Virus record (IMG/VR): IMGVR_UViG_3300010970_000136
Span: 5,836 to 69,835 of that record
DNA: 64,000 bases
Reading direction: 5' to 3' (one strand)
From: a virus
Part shown: piece after piece, positions 1-8,144 of the stretch
Position numbering within the stretch: position 1 is the first letter of the stretch
Layout of the letters: every line of letters starts with the position of its first letter
Notes under the pieces: model-generated
What the model was told of the DNA's origin: nothing
Seen by the model: only the letters and a program-made list of their open reading frames with translations
Database searches by the model: none
Position numbers and translations under genes: made by a program

Positions 1-584
1 ACATCTAAGTCTAAAGCAGTTATGCTTGCAGAAACATTTTCAATTACAGTAGCCATTGCTTCATTTGCATTAGCTCTAGCAATTGATTCTGATGTAATTA
101 ATGCTGTAGCAGTTTGTATATCTGTAGTAAATGTTGCAGAAATAGTTTCAATTATACCAGCCACTGCTTCAAACTCATTAACTCTAGCAAATCTTTCTTC
201 ATTGATAAGTGCTTGAGATGAAAGATTATTGTCTGCAATCCTTTGTCCTTGTAAACCTATCTGTCCTTGTAAAAGACAAGAGTATTGTATAAGAGCTGCA
301 AGAACATCATTCAATACAAACTCTGTAGGAGCATTTTCGCTTCCAGGAGGATAATCTTGGCTTGCAGGAAGATACTCCTGCATTATAGAACATATACTTA
401 TACCAGAAAGATCTATTACAATACCTGTTCCAGTTCTTAAGTGATTAAATATTTTTTGTTCAACTACAGCTAAAGAGTCTCCTTTAACTATTCCAAGTTG
501 AGGAATATCTATTCCTGTATATTTTACACATTTATCTGATATTGTTTCAGCACAACCTTGATAGCAATTATCGCAATTAGACAT
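1..584 (-). CDS. Virion/tail-fibre-like protein, N-terminal part (runs off the window edge)
   Basis: Not in ORF track; ATG at 584 reads MSNCDNCYQGCAETISDKCVKYTGIDIPQLGIVKGDSL... open to position 1; Cys-rich N-terminus followed by an Ala/Thr-rich helical segment; lies in the structural operon. Confidence 0.6.
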   Translation of the reverse strand, partial: MSNCDNCYQGCAETISDKCVKYTGIDIPQLGIVKGDSLAVVEQKIFNHLRTGTGIVIDLSGISICSIMQEYLPASQDYPPGSENAPTEFVLNDVLAALIQYSCLLQGQIGLQGQRIADNNLSSQALINEERFARVNEFEAVAGIIETISATFTTDIQTATALITSESIARANANEAMATVIENVSASITALDLD

Positions 585-627
585 GTTGTTTTATTTTAAA
601 AAGTTTAATTTGTTGTTGTAGTAATAA

Positions 628-1197
628 TTAAGATGGACAATCACAAGTTGTAGAAATATTATTTCCATCAACTAATGTTGCCATATAATTAGGACCTGAT
701 AAACCTAACACATTGAATTTGTAAGTACCAGAACTAATCCAATCCCCAATACCTAAAACATTTAAGGATTTAATTACCACATTAGTACCAGTAATAGTGT
801 CGCAATTTGGACATTGATACTGATTAGCTACATAATAGAAATACGGAACTGTTGTAGTGGTTGTTGTAGTAGATGAACTTGACGTAGTAGTTGTTATTGG
901 ATCTATACAAGGTAGACAGTCTGGAAGTTTACATCCAGCAGTGATACGATTAACCTTACTAGCAATCATTGGTACCGTAAAGCATCCAGCATAATCTGGA
1001 TTACAATACTTAAATGTTAAGATTCTTCTATAGTTTAATAGATCAATAATTGCATTTCCTTGAACAGGTTGATTAAGCATGAATACAACATTGTTGTATA
1101 AATCATTAGCCATCTCTGCAAGTTTACAATCTATATGGTTTAATAAAACTGGTATAGTTGAACACTCAACACAATTTGTTAATCTAGGTGATAACAT
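628..1197 (-). CDS. Cys-rich structural-module protein with poly-Thr/Ser linker
   Basis: ORF 189 aa; TTTTSSSSTTTTTTT linker; structural operon. Confidence 0.6.
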   Translation of the reverse strand: MLSPRLTNCVECSTIPVLLNHIDCKLAEMANDLYNNVVFMLNQPVQGNAIIDLLNYRRILTFKYCNPDYAGCFTVPMIASKVNRITAGCKLPDCLPCIDPITTTTSSSSTTTTTTTVPYFYYVANQYQCPNCDTITGTNVVIKSLNVLGIGDWISSGTYKFNVLGLSGPNYMATLVDGNNISTTCDCPS

Positions 1198-1206
1198 AAT
1201 TTGATA

Positions 1207-1302
1207 TTATTTATTAGCTTTAGAAGCGCATGCTGCACATTGTCCATCTTTCAATTGACATCCACATCCCACATTAGCTCCGCATGAATTACAAGTTGCC
1301 AT
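1207..1302 (-). CDS. 31-aa Cys-rich mini-protein
   Basis: MATCNSCGANVGCGCQLKDGQCAACASKANK*; fills the gap between flanking genes exactly, start 1 nt after the upstream stop. Confidence 0.7.
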   Translation of the reverse strand: MATCNSCGANVGCGCQLKDGQCAACASKANK

Positions 1303-1303
1303 A

Positions 1304-1867
1304 TTAGTAAAAGTTTACTTGATAGTTGTTACCTGAACAACCACAATTGGTTTTTATAAAATTATTTAACATATTGTTTGCCTGAGTGTATAGCTTATTA
1401 GCTTCCACTTCAGCGCAGTTATTAGCTGCTGCTATTGCTCCTTGAATAAAGAAATAGACTGTATTAAGATCCACCTTAGCTTGTGTCTTAATAGCTCTGT
1501 CACATTCCATCATGTCAAGTTTCATAAAAGCTTCATCAAACTTCTCTTGTAGTTGATCTACACGAATAATTGTTTTCTCAACATAATTAACTGTTGCTGG
1601 TGCAATAGAATATCTCAAATGATATATTCCATCAGGCAATGGTTGATTTACACCCACTGCAGATATGCCTAAGTTTGATGATGTGAATATATTTAGTTCA
1701 CCAACATAAAAAGGTAGGCTTACCAATCCAAAGCCTGGTACATCTATATCTATAGTTGCACCTGAAACTAAAGGAGGGTCATCTGGATACACTGAAGCAT
1801 CCATTACCGCAAGGTTAAGAGTACTGTATGTTGGTACTACAATTATGTCTAGTTTTAAATCTGCCAT
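1304..1867 (-). CDS. Putative virion structural protein
   Basis: ORF 187 aa, beta-rich N-terminal half (LPDGIYHLRYSI); structural operon. Confidence 0.55.
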   Translation of the reverse strand: MADLKLDIIVVPTYSTLNLAVMDASVYPDDPPLVSGATIDIDVPGFGLVSLPFYVGELNIFTSSNLGISAVGVNQPLPDGIYHLRYSIAPATVNYVEKTIIRVDQLQEKFDEAFMKLDMMECDRAIKTQAKVDLNTVYFFIQGAIAAANNCAEVEANKLYTQANNMLNNFIKTNCGCSGNNYQVNFY

Positions 1868-1882
1868 GTTGTTATAAATAAA

Positions 1883-1923
1883 TATGCCAGAGGAATATGA
1901 GTTATCCTCTTTCCCCTGGCATA
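1883..1923 (-). terminator. Intergenic stem-loop (terminator or mRNA-stabilising hairpin)
   Basis: Minus strand TATGCCAGGGGAA...TTCCTCTGGCATA with a G-U pair, followed by TTTATTT. Confidence 0.55.
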
Positions 1924-1952
1924 GGTTATTATTAAAATCCTTTTACTAAATA

Positions 1953-3089
1953 TTAGTAGAAGTTAGTTGTTGTACTAGATGTTGTTTGGAAAAAACTAGT
2001 AGTAGTTGTAGTTGTAGAAGGAGCAGGGTTAGGAAGAACTCCTAAAGCAGCCTCTAATACAGTTTCAATTTCATTTCCAGCCATACTTCCAACAGGAACA
2101 GCAATGATTACAGTAGCATCTTCAGTGATATAATCACCCCATACGTAAGCACCTTTGTTGTACTCGTTAAATTTGATATAGAATGTATCATAAGCGATAC
2201 CAGCAGCTACATAAGACTCAAAGTTCTCATTGTAACCATTCATTCTATATAAATGCTTCAAGTAACCAGCTTGGTAGCTGTAGAAGTTTTTCTCCATTTG
2301 TGCAATCTCTGCAGACACACCTTTTGGATAAGAAGCTTCTTGAGTTACAACAGCCTCAGCAACAATGTTACAGTTGTCAGCAACAATGAAGTCAGCAGTT
2401 GTAGCAGGTCCAGCATATACGAAAGTACGGAAGTACATTCTGTCATATTCGTAAGGGAAAGCAGCTACATCACATGGTTGTCCATATGCAGTTAATGGTT
2501 TACCTGTAATACGTAAGATTGTTCCACCTACATTTTCGAATGTGTAGAATTTGCTTAATGAAATGTTGTCAGGGTTGATACCTGGAGCACCAGCTTCTAA
2601 TTTTGCAATTAAAGCATTGATTAACGCATTTACGTTAACACTAGCACATGGGTCACCACCACATTCTAAACATTCTGCAGCTACAGTTACTGAACGTGTA
2701 AATCCATTGAAATACAAAGTGTCTAAGTAGCTTGAGTGAGCACGTAAAGTCAAAGTGATATCTTCACCTGCTTGTACGTTAAAGTTTGATACATCTGTTA
2801 CTTGAACATTTGCTACAGTAGATCCTGATACTTTGTACCATTCAGTTACGTTAGAACCATTACTAGCAATTTTGTCAGATCTTTTAGATCCTTGCAAGTA
2901 AGTGTTAGCTCTACCTTGTGCAACGTAGAAATAAGGAGACATTGCAATAGTTCCTGCGTTAACAGTTGCATAGTTGCTGTTGAAGATACCTACTTGTCCT
3001 GCAGTAAGATCTTGTGTCGAACCAGAGCTAGGAAGAGAAGTCTGTCCTACTGGCACCACGAATAACGTGGTTAATGAAAAATCAGCCAT
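1953..3089 (-). CDS. Conserved crAss-like structural protein (auxiliary capsid/decoration-like) with Thr-rich tail
   Basis: 378 aa; third gene downstream of the major capsid gene as in the crAss-like capsid module; C-terminal STTTTTTSFFQTTSSTTT. Confidence 0.6.
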   Translation of the reverse strand: MADFSLTTLFVVPVGQTSLPSSGSTQDLTAGQVGIFNSNYATVNAGTIAMSPYFYVAQGRANTYLQGSKRSDKIASNGSNVTEWYKVSGSTVANVQVTDVSNFNVQAGEDITLTLRAHSSYLDTLYFNGFTRSVTVAAECLECGGDPCASVNVNALINALIAKLEAGAPGINPDNISLSKFYTFENVGGTILRITGKPLTAYGQPCDVAAFPYEYDRMYFRTFVYAGPATTADFIVADNCNIVAEAVVTQEASYPKGVSAEIAQMEKNFYSYQAGYLKHLYRMNGYNENFESYVAAGIAYDTFYIKFNEYNKGAYVWGDYITEDATVIIAVPVGSMAGNEIETVLEAALGVLPNPAPSTTTTTTSFFQTTSSTTTNFY

Positions 3090-3113
3090 TGTTTATTTAT
3101 TTAAATTAATAGT

Positions 3114-3845
3114 TTATTCGTTTGTTTGAATTCTATATGCTGCGTTTTGAACAGCAGATTGATTCTCTGTATACATTGCTAGGTTCTGTACTGTAAGATC
3201 TAATAACTCATCTTCTAGATACATCTCAAGTTCACAATCCTGATCAAAGGATGGTTCACCATCTAACATTACATATCCTGCTTTATTAATATATTGAGGA
3301 TATCGCATATACATTATTTGTATAGTTTTTGGAGTGAAGGTACCATCTGTAAAGACTGATACATCATCCGATGATATAAGATTGAATGTTTCTTGGTATT
3401 CAAAACTTGGTTTATAATGATCATTGTTTAAAATAAACTGTAGATCACCATGCTTTGCAAGATCTCTATTAATCCATATCTTTCTGTCTACACATCTTCC
3501 CTTATCAGCTAATATGTAACTATCTAAGTAGAACATATATTGTGGATCTAAATCATGTACATTAGCAGACCACTGGTTTAAATTAGCGTCCACTAGTGAA
3601 AGAACTAGGGGTTGATGGTTGTAGTTCATCACTAAGCTTTGTAGATCTTCGTAGCGCTTCTTAAAAGCGTCCATTCCCATTCCACTTACAATACTGATTC
3701 CATCTATCTTCTGCTTTATCAACTTAATCTGAGCCTCATTCAAAGCTAAGATTTTGTCTTCTAGTTGAATCTGTTGGTGCTCATTAGTTGATAGTTTATT
3801 TAGTTTCTGATCGATTTTGTATAATAAACTATCTACAGGTATCAT
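3114..3845 (-). CDS. crAss-like ring/head-tail connector protein
   Basis: 243 aa; LNEAQ N-terminal helix and Y.RYP/CEL C-terminal pattern; position in capsid module. Confidence 0.6.
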   Translation of the reverse strand: MIPVDSLLYKIDQKLNKLSTNEHQQIQLEDKILALNEAQIKLIKQKIDGISIVSGMGMDAFKKRYEDLQSLVMNYNHQPLVLSLVDANLNQWSANVHDLDPQYMFYLDSYILADKGRCVDRKIWINRDLAKHGDLQFILNNDHYKPSFEYQETFNLISSDDVSVFTDGTFTPKTIQIMYMRYPQYINKAGYVMLDGEPSFDQDCELEMYLEDELLDLTVQNLAMYTENQSAVQNAAYRIQTNE

Positions 3846-3873
3846 ATGCTTTTATATTTATAAAACTAGCTAC

Positions 3874-4842
3874 TTAAATAGCAGCTAGTTTTTTAGTTTT
3901 TAGTTTTCCTTCTAATACAAGTAACTCATCCTGATTATCATCATCAGCTAAGAACTTAACTAGATCTTCTTCATCTTTTGCAATTTCAAATTCACCTTCG
4001 TAAACTTTACCACTAGGCTTAACTCTATAAACTGAGTGTGCAATTGCTTGTTTAACTAAATCTTTAATATGTAGTAAATTTTCTTTCATGTCAGCAAATC
4101 TGTTGAACACTTCTATAGGATTCAATCCTTGGAAGTTACCAGTCTTGAATTCTGATTGTTTCAACATGTTATCTACTTGATTGTACACAATCTCTTCTCT
4201 CGTATCTTCTGTTACTGGAAGACCTAATAGTCTAGCAACTTTACGTTTTTTCTCGATTGTCATTGAATCAAATTTAACAACAGCTTTGTTGATCAATTGT
4301 TTCTTCTTAAAGATTACAGCACTTTCGATCTCATCATCTACAATGTAGAACTGAGTATCTGCTGGATAATCTCCTCTTTCCCAAGCTTGGAATGAAGAAG
4401 CAATTGTAGGATGTACTCTTAACCATGAAAAAGCAAGCTCTTGAAATGGAATTGTAAGATCGTAATAGTTATCACCATCTAACAACTTAACTGGTTGTAC
4501 GTGTGATTGATCTTCTGTAGATGTTGATAATCCATAGTTCCAAAACTTAGAACGTGGACCAAGATCAATGTCACCTAAATCAGCTTCAAGCTTAGCTCTT
4601 AGTGCAGTAACTCTTTCAATTTCTAACTCTCTTTCAGTTGGATCTGCAATTCGTCTGATGTAAGAAGCATCTGGATCTAATCCTGTTCTATACTTACCAT
4701 CTAATTCTTTGTAAGGATACTTAAAAACTCCTGTACCAGGTACTCTTGTTAATCCTTTCTGTGCCAACCCACTTTGCATTGTTTGCAATTGAGAAGTGGT
4801 ATACTCTCTTTTGATTGTAGAGATCTTTCCTAATTTACCCAT
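3874..4842 (-). CDS. Conserved crAss-like capsid-module protein
   Basis: 322 aa; first CDS downstream of the major capsid gene. Confidence 0.55.
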   Translation of the reverse strand: MGKLGKISTIKREYTTSQLQTMQSGLAQKGLTRVPGTGVFKYPYKELDGKYRTGLDPDASYIRRIADPTERELEIERVTALRAKLEADLGDIDLGPRSKFWNYGLSTSTEDQSHVQPVKLLDGDNYYDLTIPFQELAFSWLRVHPTIASSFQAWERGDYPADTQFYIVDDEIESAVIFKKKQLINKAVVKFDSMTIEKKRKVARLLGLPVTEDTREEIVYNQVDNMLKQSEFKTGNFQGLNPIEVFNRFADMKENLLHIKDLVKQAIAHSVYRVKPSGKVYEGEFEIAKDEEDLVKFLADDDNQDELLVLEGKLKTKKLAAI

Positions 4843-4878
4843 AATGTAGTTTAATTAATAATGTTTGGTTTATTTTAG

Positions 4879-4952
4879 TTGCGTGGGAAGGACTCGAACC
4901 TCCGACCTCTAGGTTATGAGCCTAGCAAGCTAACCAACTGCTCTACCACACG
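4879..4952 (-). tRNA. tRNA-Met(CAT), initiator-like
   Basis: CGTGTGG TA GAGC AGTTGGTTA GCTT G CTAGG CTCATAA CCTAG AGGTC GGAGG TTCGAGT CCTTC CCACGCA A; C1:A72 mismatch; CCA not encoded. Confidence 0.92.
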
Positions 4953-4958
4953 ATTTAG

Positions 4959-5111
4959 AAGATGGTTCCCATTGAAGGGAACAGCGACCAGGGATACCCT
5001 AATCCTCCATCTTTCACTTAGTTACATTTCCACGAAGGAAAGAGGCTTCACTAAGTCTGTATTTGAGATTGATCCCCTCTAGGAGGGAGTGGGGATGAGG
5101 GGATCTTTCTC
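4959..5111 (-). ncRNA. Structured GC-rich RNA element between major capsid gene and tRNA
   Basis: Three consecutive stems: GATCCCCTC/GAGGGGATC, ACTTAG/CTAAGT, AAGATGG/CCATCTT enclosing two sub-hairpins. Confidence 0.5.
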
Positions 5112-5125
5112 GGAATTCTTATTTA

Positions 5126-6679
5126 TTAGAATTGTGGGATTTCTTCGATCAACACAGTTCTTGATAAATCTTCAATGAATACATCACATCTGTCTTTCAT
5201 CCAGATTTCGTATCCTGGGAATTTATTAGCAGAACTCATACCTTGAGATTTAGCAAAACCTAAGTGGTGACGAGTACCATCAATATAACCCCAAGTCATA
5301 GAAGGAGCACCTTTCATTCTCACTTCACGGATGTTGTTTACCATTGAACCATCAGACATTGGAGAAACATCAAACACCATAAATACTGGAGTAGATTTTT
5401 TGTTTTGTCCAAACTCTAAGTTAGTTTGAGGTAAATCTAATTCTTTCAAGTGAATCAATTCAACACGTCCAGTCTCACGAGTTACCATTGCATCAAATGC
5501 AAAGTTGTAAGTGATGTGTTGTCCTTCTCCTTGCATGTATCTGTTTCCAGAATCAGCCATGAAAGTAAGACCTGAATTCAATGCATCATTTTTCAAAGCT
5601 TGTTGGAATACATCGAATCCAGCTTCGTTAGTGTACATTTTAACTCTACGGTCTTTAACATCCACTCTTCTGTAGAACAAATCTCCAAAAACTGAACGAA
5701 TCAAGTTAGCAGAAAATTCTCCACGGTTGTATTGTACCAAGTTTCCGTTATTTCTCATTCTGTGGTAAACACCAGCAGATGTACGTTTAACTTCTTGTTT
5801 AGAACCATTAGTTTTAACTGTACCTGGTTTAGCCCAGATCATACGTTTAACTTTCAATTCTAACATAGATTTACGCATCCAGAATTCGATGAACGGTTCC
5901 CATTTAACATCATTACGAGTTAAAGGTAATTGGTTACGTCTTTGTGGAGCATATACCAAGATGTCTAATGCTTTACCTGAAGCATCTCTCATCATTTTGT
6001 CATCAGCCCATTCAGTGATTTTGTGCTCATATCCATATGCAGAACCTAAAGATTCGAACATAGTGATTTGCTCACCTAAACGAGGAAGACCTAATAAGTC
6101 TTGATCGAACTCACCAATAGCAGCATCAACTAATTCTAACTCAATACCTACTTGTAAGAAAGTTGGAGTTACGAAGTCAACTGTTGGGTTGTCAGTTACT
6201 AATGTAAATGAATACAAGTAACCAGTGTTGTAAGGTACAGGATCTTTGATTACATAGAATCTAGGTCCGTACTGACGAGTACCTACAGATACGATTGCGT
6301 TTTTAGAAAACTCATTAGTATCAATTACTAATTGAAATTCTTGACCATCAATACCTGGTTTTAACAACTCAAGAGTTGAACTAGGGATGTCAATAATTTT
6401 TGGGAATTTGTAAGGAACTGCTACTTGCCATTTCCACGCATCACTGTTATTATCAATGTAATAAGGAGTGCTTTTGTTGATCATGTCCAAGAAGTCGTTA
6501 CTGTACAATGAGCTTTGTGTATACAGACTGATGATTTTTTTATCATAGTCAGCAGGCTCAGTAGAGTGAAAAGACTCTAAGTGATTCGAGTCAGTAAGTT
6601 TTCCTACTGCACGTTTGTCCATAGAGGCAACACGAGCGTAAGTAAAACCAGTTAACCCAGGGATAGTTTGAACTGCCAT
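5126..6679 (-). CDS. Major capsid protein (crAss-like)
   Basis: 517 aa; portal-scaffold-capsid order; size and sequence style of crAss-like capsid proteins. Confidence 0.85.
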   Translation of the reverse strand: MAVQTIPGLTGFTYARVASMDKRAVGKLTDSNHLESFHSTEPADYDKKIISLYTQSSLYSNDFLDMINKSTPYYIDNNSDAWKWQVAVPYKFPKIIDIPSSTLELLKPGIDGQEFQLVIDTNEFSKNAIVSVGTRQYGPRFYVIKDPVPYNTGYLYSFTLVTDNPTVDFVTPTFLQVGIELELVDAAIGEFDQDLLGLPRLGEQITMFESLGSAYGYEHKITEWADDKMMRDASGKALDILVYAPQRRNQLPLTRNDVKWEPFIEFWMRKSMLELKVKRMIWAKPGTVKTNGSKQEVKRTSAGVYHRMRNNGNLVQYNRGEFSANLIRSVFGDLFYRRVDVKDRRVKMYTNEAGFDVFQQALKNDALNSGLTFMADSGNRYMQGEGQHITYNFAFDAMVTRETGRVELIHLKELDLPQTNLEFGQNKKSTPVFMVFDVSPMSDGSMVNNIREVRMKGAPSMTWGYIDGTRHHLGFAKSQGMSSANKFPGYEIWMKDRCDVFIEDLSRTVLIEEIPQF

Positions 6680-6714
6680 TTTTATTCGAATTTGTTAATT
6701 ATTAATTATGTTTG

Positions 6715-7998
6715 TTATAAGAACCATGAATTAGGGTTAGCTTTTGAACCAGAACCTCCGCTACTCTTAGCTTTAGTTACTTGTCTAGCAACTTCTCCAA
6801 ATAACTGGTTAGACTTTTTAGTCACACCTGTTCTTTGTATGGTTGATAATGTAGGATCTTTTTCTAACAATTTTAAAAGAAGCCCCACTTTAACTTTCAT
6901 CTCGTGGTTCTCTGGTCTTTTCATATCCAGAATAGCACGATCGAAATCTGTAAGTGTTTCTCCTGATGGAGTTTTCCACTTATCAACTAATAAGAAGTCC
7001 TGTAGTTCGCCTGCTAATTTTGGATTGATAGGAATACCATCAAACTCTTTATTCTTCACTTTATCCTGTAGGATAGACTGAACGTTTGTAATGTACTGAT
7101 TTCTAACAGCTTGCTTTTGTTGTAACTCTTGCTCAGCTTTAGATTCCATTTGTTGCAACTTAGCTGCCTCTTTCTTAACTAACACCTTGTGATGTTTAGC
7201 TGCTACATTCTCTAGATCTCCGTAGTTTCTAAGTCTTTCAACTTCTGTTTCTACATCTTCAGGTTCAAACCCTTGATCTGTTAATGCTTGCTTGATGATC
7301 TTAACTTGGTTATTCTCATCTGAAAGATCCATCTCAGCAAAATCAACTACTTGATTGTAAGTACCGAAATACTCTTTAGGATTTACTCCTTTTACAAATA
7401 TGGCATCAAAAGCTTCTTGGTAGTCTTCTCCAAATTGTCCAATGAAATTTTGTACAATCTCAGAAGCACCTTTCTTCTTTTCAGCATTGAATCGTTCTAA
7501 GAACTCTTCTGCTGTAGAAACTGGTTCTTCATCTTCTCCATCTTCATTAGTAAATACACCTAGTTTAAGTAAGTCATTTGCTAAAGCAGAGAATTGAGTA
7601 CCTTCAGTAACTTCGTCTTCATCATTATCGTCATCATCACTTTCTTCTGCAGCAGTTTCTACTTTCTTAGTAGGTTTCACTGGTGCTGGTGGTGTATCAT
7701 CATCTTCGTCTTCATCATCACTTAGGAAGTCAGAGATTAAAGATTGTCCTTCTTGTTTTTCTTCATCTGTTTTACCATCAACATTTTTAGGAGGTACAAT
7801 ATCCTTTCCTTTTGGTACATCTGGTTTAGCAGGTGCTGCAGGAGGGTTTGCCTCATTAATGATAGGTTGAACATCATCAGGATTACTAGAAGCGGTCTCA
7901 GGTTCGAATAAGCCTTGAAGTAATTCTTGGTTACCCATACCCATTTCCATAGTATCTTGAATACTAAAGTTTCCCATAGTTTCTAAATTATCAGCCAT
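6715..7998 (-). CDS. Acidic scaffolding-like protein
   Basis: 427 aa; very acidic disordered N-half, coiled-coil C-half; between portal and capsid genes. Confidence 0.7.
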   Translation of the reverse strand: MADNLETMGNFSIQDTMEMGMGNQELLQGLFEPETASSNPDDVQPIINEANPPAAPAKPDVPKGKDIVPPKNVDGKTDEEKQEGQSLISDFLSDDEDEDDDTPPAPVKPTKKVETAAEESDDDDNDEDEVTEGTQFSALANDLLKLGVFTNEDGEDEEPVSTAEEFLERFNAEKKKGASEIVQNFIGQFGEDYQEAFDAIFVKGVNPKEYFGTYNQVVDFAEMDLSDENNQVKIIKQALTDQGFEPEDVETEVERLRNYGDLENVAAKHHKVLVKKEAAKLQQMESKAEQELQQKQAVRNQYITNVQSILQDKVKNKEFDGIPINPKLAGELQDFLLVDKWKTPSGETLTDFDRAILDMKRPENHEMKVKVGLLLKLLEKDPTLSTIQRTGVTKKSNQLFGEVARQVTKAKSSGGSGSKANPNSWFL

Positions 7999-8117
7999 AT
8001 GTAGTTGTTTTATTGTTTGGTTTATTACTGTAAAAGTATATGAATGTTATTTAATATCAAAGAGTTATCAGTGTTTGCAGCTGATTATTTTTGATAATAT
8101 AGCATTAATGTTATTTA

Positions 8118-8135
8118 TCCCCTCCGTAGAGGGGA
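8118..8135 (-). terminator. Hairpin with cUACGg tetraloop downstream of portal
   Basis: Minus strand TCCCCTC TACG GAGGGGA; weak U-tract. Confidence 0.5.
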
Positions 8136-8144
8136 ACTTTTTTA

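Noticed and set aside
22-216. Plus-strand 64-aa ORF
   Set aside because: Antisense shadow of the minus-strand gene starting at 584; the same applies to most opposite-strand ORFs in the track (e.g. 2183, 5889, 6668, 10721, 11753, 12218, 21228, 61929)
1304-1965. Two adjacent proteins both ending in NFY
   Set aside because: Three residues in two genes cannot be separated from chance
4879-5082. 67-aa ORF MRGKDSNLRPLGYEP
   Set aside because: Typical translation of the antisense strand of a tRNA gene
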